In this document: one piece after another, positions 30,845 to 41,718 of the stretch
Layout of the letters: every line of letters begins with the position of its first letter
Position numbering within the stretch: the first letter of the stretch is position 1
Source of the DNA: Prorocentrum cordatum
Lineage: Eukaryota
Direction: 5' to 3'
Assembly: GCA_963575745.1 (NCBI GenBank)
Contig: CAUYUJ010000160.1
Location: 62,001-117,428, forward strand
Length of the DNA: 55,428 bases
Position numbers and translations under genes: made by a program
The notes under the pieces: generated by a model
The model's input: the letters and a program-made list of their open reading frames with translations, nothing else
The model's database searches: none
Told to the model about the DNA's origin: nothing

Positions 30845-32669
30845 CTCGCTTTCGCTCGTCGTCGTCGTCGTCGTTGCCGTCGTCGTCGTCGTCGTCGTCG
30901 TCGTCATCGTCGTCGTCGACATCGTCGTCGTCGTCGTGGTCGGTCCCCTGTCCGTTCCTCTTGGGGTCGGGTTGCCGCCGATCAGCGCTGCCGCTGGCCA
31001 GGCCGACGGTCCGCGGCCGCCCCGCCGCTTGCCCGGGCTCGGCCTGCAGGGAAGAAAGGTATACCCCCCAAAAGGGGTACGATCAAAGACGAAGAGGGCG
31101 GGTGTCTAGGGTTTGGGAAATAGGCGTTAACGGACACTCGATCAGATCATATCATATTGTTGTAGTTATTGTTGATGAAGACTGTGTTGTTGTTGGTGGT
31201 GGTGGTGGTGTTTTTGTTCGTGCTGTTGATGATGCTGAAGACGAGGATGATGACGATGAGGTTGATGATGGCGATGCTGATGCCGATGCTGATGCTGATG
31301 GCGATGATGCTGATGACGGTGTCGATGACAATGATGGTGACGATAATGGTGCTGATGATGACGACGATTACGACGATGGCTGACATGGCAGGACAAGAAG
31401 CCGCGCTTAAGCGGCGCATCGGCAATCAGCAACCCCAAACGAAGGTCAAGACACACATGTAACAACGAGAGGCGATAATGTAAGCACGCCGGTGCATAGG
31501 CGCTGCAAATACACCAACGCTGTGCGGCGTATGGCAATACATTCTTACGGGAAGCACGCGGGGTGAGAAGGGGCGAGGGAGAGGGAAGGACAGGGGAGTG
31601 AGGGAGGGAAGGAGCGGGGGGAAGATGGGGTGAGTGCAGCATCTTCACAATGATCGGAACAATTGCGCGACTGCACCGTCCCGCGCAGCAGAAGGCGATG
31701 ATGGTATTGTCATGATGCTTGTGATGACGATGAGGATGACGATGTCGATGGTAATGATGGTGGTGATGATGAGGAGGAGGAGGAGGAGGAAGAGGAGTAA
31801 ATGGATAATAATGATGATGATATAATGATGGTGATGGCGTTGATGACTCGGTGATGCTGACGGTTGTGGTGGTGATGATGATGTTGTTGGTCATGCTGTT
31901 GAATACGATGGCACGGATGCTGGTGGTGGTGGTGGTGATGCCCCAGATGATGGTGATGATGATGCTGATGATGATGATGGTGATGATGATGATGATGAGG
32001 ATGATGAGGATGATGAGGATGATGCTGATGGCAACGACGACGGCGGTGATGGAGTTGGCGATGCCCGACTAGGCGGACGAGGAGGGTGACGACGAGGGCG
32101 AGGACGCGGGGCTCGCCACCCGCTCACTCCCGCGGCGGCACGTGGGCGCTCCCTCTCTGCCGCCGGCGAGGCCGACCCTGGCAGGGCCGCCTCCACCATC
32201 CGATTCGATGCGATGCGGTTATTCGCCGGCTGGGGCCGCGATCCCAGAGATCCAACGTATCGAAAAAAAATCGAGACCGAAGTTTTTCGCTGATTTCGGC
32301 CCCTAGGGGCCTTCGCCGGGCCTCGGGACCGTCCAAAAACGACCCAGGATGAAAAACTGGTCCTGGGGAACGGGTCGAGACTTCCAGGGACCGCGTACTG
32401 AACAAATCACGACATCGGATCTCGCCTCCTCCTCCTCCTCCTCATCCTCCTCCTCCTCCTCCTCCTCTTCCTCCCTCCTCCTCCTCCTCCTCCTCCTCCT
32501 CCTCCTCTGGCCGAACGGGGCGCCACTTCCATGCGATCCAGCTCTGTTCGCCGGCATCGGCCAGGGCCCGCCGGAAGTGGGGCGCGGCGGTGCGGTGCCG
32601 GTGCGCTTCGGGACGAGCCGCCGGCGACGCGGTGCGCCCTCGACGCGGTGCGATTTCGCGGTCCGATCC

Positions 32670-32845
32670 TCACCACCCACCAAACCACCCCAACCCCACC
32701 CGAAGGCCCAAATTTATCATCGATTTCCAGTGGGGGGGGGTCGGGGAACGTTGAAAAAACACATGGTATCCGTACCCCCCCCAACCCGAAATTCGGGTCA
32801 AATTCGGGTCTTCGGGTTGGGTTGGGGTGGTCTGGTTGGTAGTCA
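32670..32845. mobile_element. MITE with ~45 bp imperfect TIRs and TSD GATCC (or GATCCT)
   Basis: accacccaccaaaccaccccaaccccacccgaagg... vs ...cttcgggttgggttggggtggtctggttggtagt; GATCC at 32665-32669 and 32846-32850. Confidence 0.78.
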
Positions 32846-33203
32846 GATCCTGTGCCTCTTTTCCTTCACCTTGCCCCTCCAAGCCCCCCCCCCACTCGAT
32901 CCTCGAGCCTCGAGCCTCGATCGAAGCGAGCCTCGGTCGTCGAGCCTCGAGCCCTCGAGCCTCGAGCCTCGAGCCTCGAGCCTCGGCAGACCTGCCCCGG
33001 CGCCCGGCCAGCGCCCGCCGGCGGCCGCTCCAGCGGCCGCCCCGCTCGGGCCGGCCGCGGGGCACCTGCGGGCTGAGCGCACGCCGAGGGGGGCCCCCCT
33101 CGCGGCGCACGCGGGCCCTCGCGCGAGGAGCGCCGCCAGCCCGCCACGTCCACGCGTGCCGGCGCCTCTCCCGCAGGCTCGGCGGCCTCCTCGGCTGCCA
33201 TAA

Positions 33204-33376
33204 CAAGGGCTCCCTCGAGGGCGCGAAGTTATTCGCGCTTCGCGCTTCGCGGTCCTCGTTCCTTCTCCCCCTCCTCCTCGTCCTCCTATTCTCCCTTTGG
33301 GAGGGCGGCGCGAGAGCGCGAAGTTATTCGCGCTTCGCGCTTCGCGCAGCGCGAAGCGCGAAGTTGGGAGCCCTAG
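33204..33376. mobile_element. MITE with 11 bp TIRs, 5 bp TSD CATAA and internal gcgaag/cttcgc repeats
   Basis: caagggctccc ... gggagccctag; CATAA at 33199-33203 and 33377-33381. Confidence 0.7.
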
Positions 33377-33640
33377 CATAATTTTCTGGCCTCGCTCATT
33401 CCACGGGCGGCCAGCCGTCCGAGCACTCGGGGAAATAGCTCAGGAGGGTGAGGAGATCAGAGCGTGAATTACCTGCCCCGCTTTCGCTTCCAGGCAACAC
33501 CAAGTCATACCACGCGCCTCCTCGTCGAGCGGCCCAGTACAGGCCGTAGTTTGGCATCGCTTGGTATCTCTTGGAAGCGAGGGTGGTCAAAGGCGAGGTA
33601 GGTTTGTTTGCCCCCTATTCTCGGCCGCTCGGGGGCCCAC

Positions 33641-33802
33641 TTGCCAGCCCGGAACACATCCCTAATTATCCCTAGGCTGGGCACCTCCTCCTCACGATGC
33701 CAATCTTAGGGATGCCCTCATTTTTTCAGGGTGGATCCCTGAGATTGTCATCGCCGTTTGGCGTGCCAATCTTGGGGATAGGCATACGTTCGAGGCTGGT
33801 AA
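33641..33802. mobile_element. MITE family TTACCAGCC, copy 1, 5 bp TSD CCCAC
   Basis: ttgccagcc ... ggctggtaa; CCCAC at 33636-33640 and 33803-33807; empty-site paralogue at 34021-34077. Confidence 0.88.
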
Positions 33803-33847
33803 CCCACGGCATGCTCGGGGCCAGCCCAGGGGCCCACGGGAGAGGTC

Positions 33848-34015
33848 GGCGGCGCGCACAGGGGGGTAGGGGGAGGGGGGAAGGCTGCTTAGAAGCACCC
33901 CCTGCTTCTTAGAGGGCGCGGGCCTTGTCTGTAGATCTGAGGCCGGCGCCTTCTAAGAAGCAGCCTCCTTCCAAGAAGCCCTCCCCCCTCCCCCTACCCC
34001 TCTCTGCGCGCCGCC
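33848..34015. mobile_element. Foldback/MITE-like element, long imperfect inverted repeat, no TSD seen
   Basis: ggcggcgcgcacaggggggtagggggagggggg ... cccccctccccctacccctctctgcgcgccgcc. Confidence 0.65.
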
Positions 34016-34524
34016 AATCTTCGGCCCCCCGGGGGCCCACGGCATGCTCGGGGCCGGCCCGGGGGCCCACGGGAGAGGGGCCGACGGGCCCGCGGGTCGG
34101 AACGAGGAACATCTACGTCACCAGTGGCGGGCTGTTCTTCCATCCCAGGACTTTTTGAGGGTCGGGGGCGGCGCTTGGGGTGGTGTGGTGTATACTTTTT
34201 CCCCGATGTCCCGGGGAAGCAGCGAAAAATGTATACACCAGGGTCCCGTATACACCAGGATCCGCTCTCCAGTGCAAATTTCAATGCGGGGCCGGAAACA
34301 GCGTCGGTGTATAGAGTTCGATTCCCTTGTCCGCACGAAGGCGCGGGTCAAACGCTTCTCAGAGGGCGCTGGGACTGCTGAGAAGTCCCGCCGTCTCCTG
34401 ATCAGGCCTGCTCCTTCTCGCTCTCCCCCTTCGCTCGCCGCCGACTGGAGCTGGCAGGCGTCGAGACTTCGGAGGCGCCCAGACATGCTCGCGTCTTGAA
34501 AGAACCAGGACGGGAGGCCTTTCG

Positions 34525-34718
34525 TTAAGTCGGGCCTGTCCCCCTACAGGGGTATTTTCGACGAAAAGTAAGAAATGCCCCAAAATGGTCAAAAAATACT
34601 CCAAAAATAGCCTGGGGACTATTTTTTCAATATTTGTTGGCCTTTTTCGGTGTTATTTTTGGGGGTATGTTTTATTTTTCGTCGAACATCCCCCTGCAGG
34701 GGGACACGCCCGACATAA
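34525..34718. mobile_element. MITE family TTAAGTC, copy 1, 8 bp TSD GCCTTTCG
   Basis: Near whole-length palindrome; GCCTTTCG at 34517-34524 and 34719-34726. Confidence 0.88.
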
Positions 34719-35082
34719 GCCTTTCGCCTTTCCTCGCCCCGCCCGGGCTGCTCCCGGCGTGCCCCGCCCGTTGCCCCACCGGCGCCCGCACCGTGCTCCG
34801 GCGCGCTCGCGCCCGCCGACGTCGAGCAGCTGCCGGGAGCCCGCGGCGAGCCTCGTCGGGCCGCGAGCAGGGCTGCCTGCAGGACGAGGAAGCCGGCCCC
34901 GGGGAGAGGTCGGCGGCGAGTTCCGAGCCCTGCCCTCGCCGAGCCACGATTCAGGCAGGAGGAGGAGGAGGAGGAGGAGGAGGAGGAGGAGGAGGAGGAG
35001 GAGGAGGAGGAGGAGGAGGAGGAGGAGGATGGGCGGCGGGGGTAGGCATTCGCCGAGCACGTGGCGAGAGCCGAGCCTTGCC

Positions 35083-35221
35083 TTAAGTCAAGGAATACTC
35101 AAAATAGTCAGAAAATAGTCTGGGGGCTATTTTTTTGAATATTTTTTGACCATTTTGGAGTATTGTTTGGGTATTTTTTTTCGTCGAAGATCCCCCTGTA
35201 GGGGGGACACGCCCGACTTAA
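35083..35221. mobile_element. MITE family TTAAGTC, copy 2 (left arm mostly missing), 8 bp TSD GCCTTGCC
   Basis: ttaagtc ... gacttaa; GCCTTGCC at 35075-35082 and 35222-35229; right arm matches copy 1. Confidence 0.85.
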
Positions 35222-35738
35222 GCCTTGCCCCCGCCTCCATGGATTCGGGAGGATGGGCTCGGATGTGGCCAGCCGTCGGGACTTGCCTGGGGGACCGCGC
35301 CTCGGGAAGGCGAGGGACGTCGCCTGCCTGGGCCTCGTTGGGGCCTCGGTCGAGCTCTGGCTCCTGCTGCTCTGCTGCTCCTCCTCCGGGGGGGGGGAGA
35401 GGAAGAAGGGGGAGGAGGAGGAGGAGGGAGGAGGGAGGAGGAGGAGGAGGAGGAGGAGGAGGAGGAGGAGGAGGGGAGGAGGAGGAGGAGGAGAGGAGGG
35501 GAGGAGGAGGAGGAGGAGGAGGAGGAGGAGGAGGAGGAAGACGAAGGTGAAGGGCAAGAGTGGAGGGGGGGACTCAGAGGGAAGGCGAGAAGGTAAGAGA
35601 ATGGGATGGGGGAGGTTGCTGCAGGCATTGTGCGGCGCGCCGGTGGCTGGGCGCGGCGGCGGCCGCGCGAAAAAAGTCCGGGCCCGCGTGTGGCCGCTGG
35701 CGCCGCCGCTGGTCCGCTGCTTTTCCGTGCTCCGGTCC

Positions 35739-35896
35739 TTACCAGCCTCGAACGTATCCCTATTCCTGAGATTGACACGCCAAAAGGCGATGACAATCTT
35801 AGGGATGCACCCTCAGAAACTGAGGGGATCCCCAAGATCGCCATCGTGATGAGGCGATGCCCAACATAGGGATAGGAATATGTTCTGGGCTGGTAA
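35739..35896. mobile_element. MITE family TTACCAGCC, copy 2 (inverted relative to copy 1), 5 bp TSD GGTCC
   Basis: ttaccagcc ... ggctggtaa; GGTCC at 35734-35738 and 35897-35901. Confidence 0.88.
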
Positions 35897-35909
35897 GGTC
35901 CGAAGGCGA

Positions 35910-36088
35910 AACAAGGCCATCAACACAAATTTTGGCGCCGCGCGCGGATTTCTCGGATCCGCGCTGGGGCCCCTCGGCGGCGCCTCCGGCGTCGCCCCTG
36001 GCGCGCTGCGCGCGCCGGGGAGGGGGGCCCAGCGCAAACACAAGAAATCCGCGCTGATCGCCCAAAGTTTATGTTTATGGTTTTTTTC
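35910..36088. mobile_element. Foldback/MITE-like imperfect palindrome, no TSD seen
   Basis: ccatcaacacaaattttggcg..gcgcggatttct vs agaaatccgcgc..cgcccaaagtttatgtttatgg. Confidence 0.6.
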
Positions 36089-36160
36089 TTCTTCTAGCCC
36101 CAGCTCCCAGGCTCCTGCTCTGCACCCTTGCCCTCCGCTCCTCCTCGTGTGCGGGGTGGG

Positions 36161-36291
36161 TCGGTGATTCAAAGATGAGGTCCTGAGGGATGGGGGCCTA
36201 ATGATAGGAAGGGATCCAAAGGTTGATTACGTTGTCTGAGGCACCTCGTCCTTAGGACTCCATCCCTAGGACCCCACCTTTGAACCACCGA
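36161..36291. mobile_element. MITE with ~40 bp imperfect TIRs and 5 bp TSD GTGGG
   Basis: tcggtgattcaaagatgaggtcct ... aggaccccacctttgaaccaccga; GTGGG at 36156-36160 and 36292-36296. Confidence 0.8.
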
Positions 36292-37967
36292 GTGGGGGCT
36301 CAGCAGATGGGGTCCTCTTAGGGAGGCGTGCTCGAGCCATCCTGCTGTCTGCGACGGCGCAGCGATGGCTCGGCGCAGCGATGTCTCGGACTTGCCAGTC
36401 GGCGCTGCGCAATTGCCGCTGCCGCCGCCGCCGCCTGGCTTCTGCGGTCAGGAAGGTGCAGCCTGCGGGCCCAGCCATGCCAGAGGGATTGGGGGAGCGT
36501 GAGCCCGGTGTGGTCGAAGTGCAGTGCGAGGAGTGCGTCTTTCACACCCGCCGCATACATATATGTATAGTTATATGTACATATATATATACACACATAT
36601 ATGTGATTATATCTACGCATGAAGTATATATATATATAGCATATATATATATGTGTATATAAATATTTTTCTGCTTCCTGGCCCCCGAGACGGCTCAAGA
36701 GGCTTCCAAGGCAGCTCAAGAGCGCCCCTAGAACGCCTCCAGAGAGAATTCCGAGGGGCCACACCAACCAACCTTTCGAGCTTTCCGCTCCCGGAGGCCT
36801 CAAGAGGCTCCCGTCGGCTCCCAAGACACCTCCAAGAGGCCCCAACACGTCCCCAGGAGCCTCCCAGGACGCCCCAGGATGCCCCCAAGAGGCACCCACA
36901 AACTCCCCCCGCCCCGACGCCGTAAGACACTCCTGACGATCCTCGACGCGGTCCCAAGAAGCACACGGCCCACGGGGTCCCCGAGAGCACTCCCCAAAGG
37001 GCCCAAAGAAGCCAGCATCCTTGCTTTTCCTCCGGCTTTGGTTGCGTCTCAGCGTTTCGGCCCGTGCAGCTTCCCGACGTTCCGACACGGTCCCGGACAC
37101 GAGGAGGAGGAGGAGGAGGAGGAGGAGGAGGAGAAGGAGGAGGAGGAGGAGGAGTGACGAGTCGGACCGCCGTCCGCCGTTCTCTGTAGGGGGCCGCAGG
37201 AGGGCGGAGGACGGCGGACGGACCGCGGGCGGACTCCTCAGTCATCCTCGCTGCTCGCTCCTCACTTCTCGCTCCTCGCTCCTCACTCCACATCCTCTCC
37301 CCACCCCGCCCTCTCCCCTCCTGCTCGCTCCTCGCCGAACAGTCCTCGCTCCTCCTCGTCCGCCTCCTCGTCCTCCTCCTCTTCCTCGCCTTCCTTCCTC
37401 CCTCCTGTGCTCTCCTCTCTCCTCACTCATCCTCCCTGAGGAGGGAGGAGGAAGGCCTTTGATGAGCCACTCCTCCTCCTTCTCGCCTTCCTTCCTTCCT
37501 CCTGCGCTTTCCTCTCTCCTCCCTCCTTCCTCGCTGAGAAGGAGGGAGGAGGGCCCTTTGATGTGTCGCTCATCATGTACTCCGAAGCGTTCGGCCGCAC
37601 GTCGCTCCCCCGCGACTCAGCGCGGCGCGCCATCTCCTCCACCAACACCGCGGAGGGGCCCGCGTGCGCGACGGCGCTGTCCAGGCCCCTGAGCCTCAAA
37701 CAGTGGCGAAGCGTCCTGGCTCGTTGTAGGCCCATTGAATAATGTTCTAAGAACCTTGTGTGGCCTGCGCGAAATGTTCTCAGAACAGTTCTGGCTGCGA
37801 CCGTTTTGTTACCTAACAGCGAAGACTGATAGGTTTCTAGTGGGCTCAAAAGAGAGCATCTTGATTCCCCCGAGGGGTCTGGGCGGATGCCGGGGAGAAT
37901 CCGGGGAATCCCCGGGACTCCCCAGGGGGGTCTGGGCGGGTGCCGGGGAGGATCCAGGGACTCCCGT

Positions 37968-38245
37968 AGGCCAGTTCGTGTTCTTGGTGCTCCCAGAACA
38001 CCATTCCCAGGCCACATTTTGAATGCGCGGAGCCAACTGTAGGCCACTTCGTGTTCTTCGTCTTCCCAGAACACCATTCCCAGGCCACATTTTGAATACC
38101 CGGAGCCAACTGTTGGCCACTTCGTGTTCTTCGTGCTCCCAGAACAGCATTCCTGTACCATATTTTGATTGCCCGGAGCCAACTGTAGGCCACTTCGTGA
38201 TCTTCGTGTTCCCAGAACACCAGTCCTGTGCCATATTTTGAATGC
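37968..38245. repeat. 73 bp tandem repeat, ~3.8 copies
   Basis: (a/t)ggcca(c/g)ttcgtg at 37968, 38041, 38114 and 38187. Confidence 0.93.
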
Positions 38246-38249
38246 CCGA

Positions 38250-39357
38250 GCTGAGGCAGGCTGAGGCCGAGGCAGGCTGAGGCCGAGGCAGGCTGAGGCT
38301 GAGGCTGAGGCACGCCGAGGCAGGCTGAGGCTGAGAGGCTGAGCTGAGGCTGAGGCAGGCTGAGGCTGAGGCTGAGGCCTGAGGCAGGCTGAGGCTGAGG
38401 CTGAGGCAAGCCGAGGCAGGCTGAGGCTGAGGCTGGAGCTGAGGCAGGGCTGGGGACGACGGCAGGCTGAGATGAGGCTGAGGGCAGGCTGAGCTGAGGG
38501 GAGGAGCGCTGAGGGCAGGATGAAGGATGAGAGGCTGACGCTGAGGCGAGGCAGGCTGAGGCTGATGCTGAGGCCGAGGCAGGCTGAGGCTGAGGCTGAG
38601 TGCAAGCCGAGGCAGGCTGAGGATGAGGCCTGAAGCTGAGGCAGGCGGAGGCTGAGGCTGAGGCTGAGCTGTGGCTTGAGGCTGAGGCAAGCTGCGGCTG
38701 AGACAGGCTGAGCTGAGGATGTGCAGGCCGACGGTGAAGGCAGGCTGAGTGCAGGGTGAGGGCTGAGGCAGGCTGAGGATGAGGCTGAGGCCGAGGCAGG
38801 CTGAGGCTGAGACGAGGGCAAGCGAGGCAGGCTGAGGCTGAGGCTGAGGCTGATGCTGAGAGCAGGCTGAGGCATGTGAGACAGGCTGAGGCTGAGGCTG
38901 AGGCTGAGGCAGGCTGAGGCTGAGGCTGAGGCAGGCTGAGGCTGAGGCCGAGGCAGGCTGAGGCCGAGGCAGGCTGAGGCTGAGACTGAGGCTGAGGCTG
39001 AGGCTGAGGCCGAGGCAGGCCGAAGCTGAGACAAGGTGAGGCTGAATGGAAGGGGGGGGGAAGGGGGGGGGAGGAGGGGAGGCTGAGGCAGGCTGAGGCC
39101 GAGGCAGGCTGGGGCCGAGACAGGCTGAGGCTGAGGCTGAGGCAAACCGAGGCAGGCTGAGGCTGAGGCTGAGGCTGAGGCTGAGGCAGGCTGAGGCTGA
39201 GGCAGGCTGAGGCTGAGGATGAGGCTGAAGCTGAGGCAGGCTGAGGCTGAGGCTGAGGCTGAGGCAGGCTGAGGCTGAGGCCGAGGCAGGCTGAGGCTGA
39301 GGCTGAGGCAAGCCGAGGCAGGCTGAGGCTGAGGCTGAAACTGAGGCAGGCTGAGGC
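38250..39357. repeat. (GAGGCT)n hexamer satellite with GGCA insertions
   Basis: Direct reading; source of the ASASAC/LSLSL ORFs. Confidence 0.95.
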
Positions 39358-39771
39358 ATCCGTAGGAATCCATAGGAATCCTTAGGAATCCCTAGAAATC
39401 CTCAGGAAATCCGTAGGTATCCTTAGGAATCCGTAGGCATAGTTAAGCATCCTCAGGAATCCTTAGGATTCCATTGGATCCTAAGGCCGTTGCCACTGCG
39501 ACTGTCATTGCGAATGCGACTGCGACTGCGAGAACAGCAGAATTCTACAACTGGATTCTCACCTGAATCTTAAGGGGAATGCTTCCAGATATGCTTATTC
39601 GAGAGAGCACGATCCACCGCCGCTTGACTGTGGAAAATTGCTGCCCTTTTCCTCCGGAACTCGGGGGTCCCCCCCCCCCAACCCCTCCCCCCCCCCCCCC
39701 ACCCCCCCCCCCTCCCCTTCCCCCAGCACCACCCCACCCCTTCCCCTAACCCCCCCCCCCCCTTCCCCCCC

Positions 39772-40380
39772 TCGAAAACCGGAGGGGGTGGTCACTACCG
39801 GTTCGAACCACTGAGCTGTCCCACTGTTCCCACCACTGTCCCCACTGTCCCTACCACTGTCCCCACTGCACCTCTTTCCCATTGTCCCACCGCCGTCCTC
39901 ACCACCGCCTTCACCACTGTCCCCACCACCACTGTACCCTCCACTGTCCTACAGTTTCCACCACACTCCCACTTTCCCCACACCACTGCCCCCACCACCA
40001 CCGTCCCCACCACTGTCCCACTGTCCCCACTGTTCCCACCATTGTCCTCACCATTGTCCCCACCACTACCGTCCCCACCACTGTCCCACTGTCCCCACCA
40101 CTGTCCCGCTGTCCCCTCACCACTGTCCTCACCACCACTGTCGCCACCACTGTCCGCACCCCCCCTCGGTTTTCGAGGGGGGGGGGAGGGGGTTCGAACT
40201 GGTAGTGACCCCCCCCGGTTTTCGAGCTCAAGGGGGGGGGGTGCGTTCGAACCGGTAATGACCCCCCCCCTTTTCATGATGAACGGGGGGGGGGGAGGGG
40301 TTCGAACCGGTAGTGACCCCCCCGGTTTTCCGGAGGGGGGGGGGAGGGGTTCGAACCGGTAGTGACCCCCCCCCGGTTTT
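39772..40380. repeat. Inverted-repeat-flanked (CCACTGTCC)n array, right arm in four tandem copies
   Basis: gaaaaccgg..ggtcactaccggttcgaacc at 39774-39809 vs ggttcgaaccggtagtgacc..ccggttttc at about 40191, 40244, 40299 and 40348. Confidence 0.75.
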
Positions 40381-40440
40381 CCGCTAGCAGCGGTAGAACA
40401 CGCTCTTTCAAACAATGACAGCAGCTTCACTGATGGAGAG

Positions 40441-40690
40441 CAGATGAGAGCAGGTCGCTTTCAAAATGTGGCTCTCGCCTTAGCGCCGGGCGTATTTGTC
40501 TTAACAAATTGAAAGAGCTTCACGGATTGAGGGCGGGTGGTTCTCAAAATGTGGCACTCGCCTTAGCGCCGCGCACACTCGTGTTAAACACTTGGAAGAG
40601 TTTCACAGATTGAGGGCGGTTCCTTTTCAAAAGGTGGCTCTCGCGTTAGCGCCGCGCACATTCGTTGGTAAACTTTGCAAGAGTTTCACG
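40441..40690. repeat. 83 bp tandem repeat, ~3 copies
   Basis: tcaaaa(t/g)gtggc(t/a)ctcgc at 40461, 40544 and 40627. Confidence 0.88.
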
Positions 40691-41696
40691 GCTTCCCATG
40701 ATCAGCATACCAGATATTGTGTGTTGGGAGGGATTCATGATTATGAGGGTGCAACAGTTACGTTGGTTCGCGGTGTTGAAGTCCCAAGAACGGTGTTCTG
40801 GCACGGTTCAAGATCGTCAAGACGCAACAGTCAGGTTGATCCGTGGCGTTGGAATCCTGACAACAATGCTTTGGCATGCTCCAGGGTCTTCAAACGAATG
40901 TCTTCCAACGAAGCAGTTCCCTGTGGAAACGAGCCGCTGTAGAAGCCTATGAAGACGGAGCTTAAAGGGAGGGTTTATTCCAACATCGTTGCTGGCTTTT
41001 GAGTTCTCACTGGTCCTCTTCCTCCTCCTCTTCGGCGGCATGCACTAAAGTCCTCCACGTCAGAAAATTATACTAAATACATAATGGTAGGTCATACTAA
41101 TGGGAACCAACACTGTTGCTCCTCCTCTTATCGGGTCCTCTCACGAGACTTGGGCCCCTCTTTCGATTCCCTTGGGCCCCTTTCTGCTTTCCCCCTTCCC
41201 CTTCCTAACCTCCTCGCATCCTCCTCATCCTCCTCCTCCCCTTTTTATCCTCGCCCCCCTCCTCCCTCATCTATCCCTCTCTCCTCCTTCTGTCCTCCTC
41301 CTCCTCCTCCTCCTCCTCTTCCTCCCCACCTCCTCATGGTCCACATCCTCCTGGTCCTGCTCGCTCGATTCTCCTCCTCCTCCCTTTCCTCCTCATCAAT
41401 CATAATCATCATCTCTACTCCTCCTCCTCCTCATCCTCCTCCGCCTAATTTCTCCTACTACCTGCCCCCCTCTCCTCCTCACCACCCTCCCCATCCCCCT
41501 CCTCCTTCCTACGCCTCCTCCTATTCCCTCCTCGCCCCTGCTCCTCCTCCTCCTCTCCTTCCTCCTCCTCCTCCTCCTCCTCATTTCCTTTACTTATGCC
41601 TCCTCCTCCTCCTCCTCCTCCTCCTCCTCCTCCTCCTCCTCCTCCTCCTCCTCCTCCCCCTCCCCCTCCTGGTTCTCCTCTACCATTGCCACTTTG

Positions 41697-41718
41697 TCTG
41701 AAGCCGTTTTGGCTCAAG
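41697..41718 (+). other. Relict dinoflagellate spliced leader (DinoSL)
   Basis: tctgaagccgttttggctcaag vs DCCGTAGCCATTTTGGCTCAAG: 19/22, with the 3' 12 nt exact. Confidence 0.75.

Noticed and set aside
32247..32423. Possible MITE (gagatccaacgt/acatcggatctc)
   Set aside because: Short imperfect inverted repeat and no TSD.
34187..34240. tggtgtatac...gtatacacca hairpin as a terminator or element
   Set aside because: The inverted repeat is real, but there is no associated gene, U-tract or TSD to support a call.
37427..39373. 648-aa and 516-aa minus-strand ORFs
   Set aside because: Produced by the (GAGGCT)n and 73-bp repeats.
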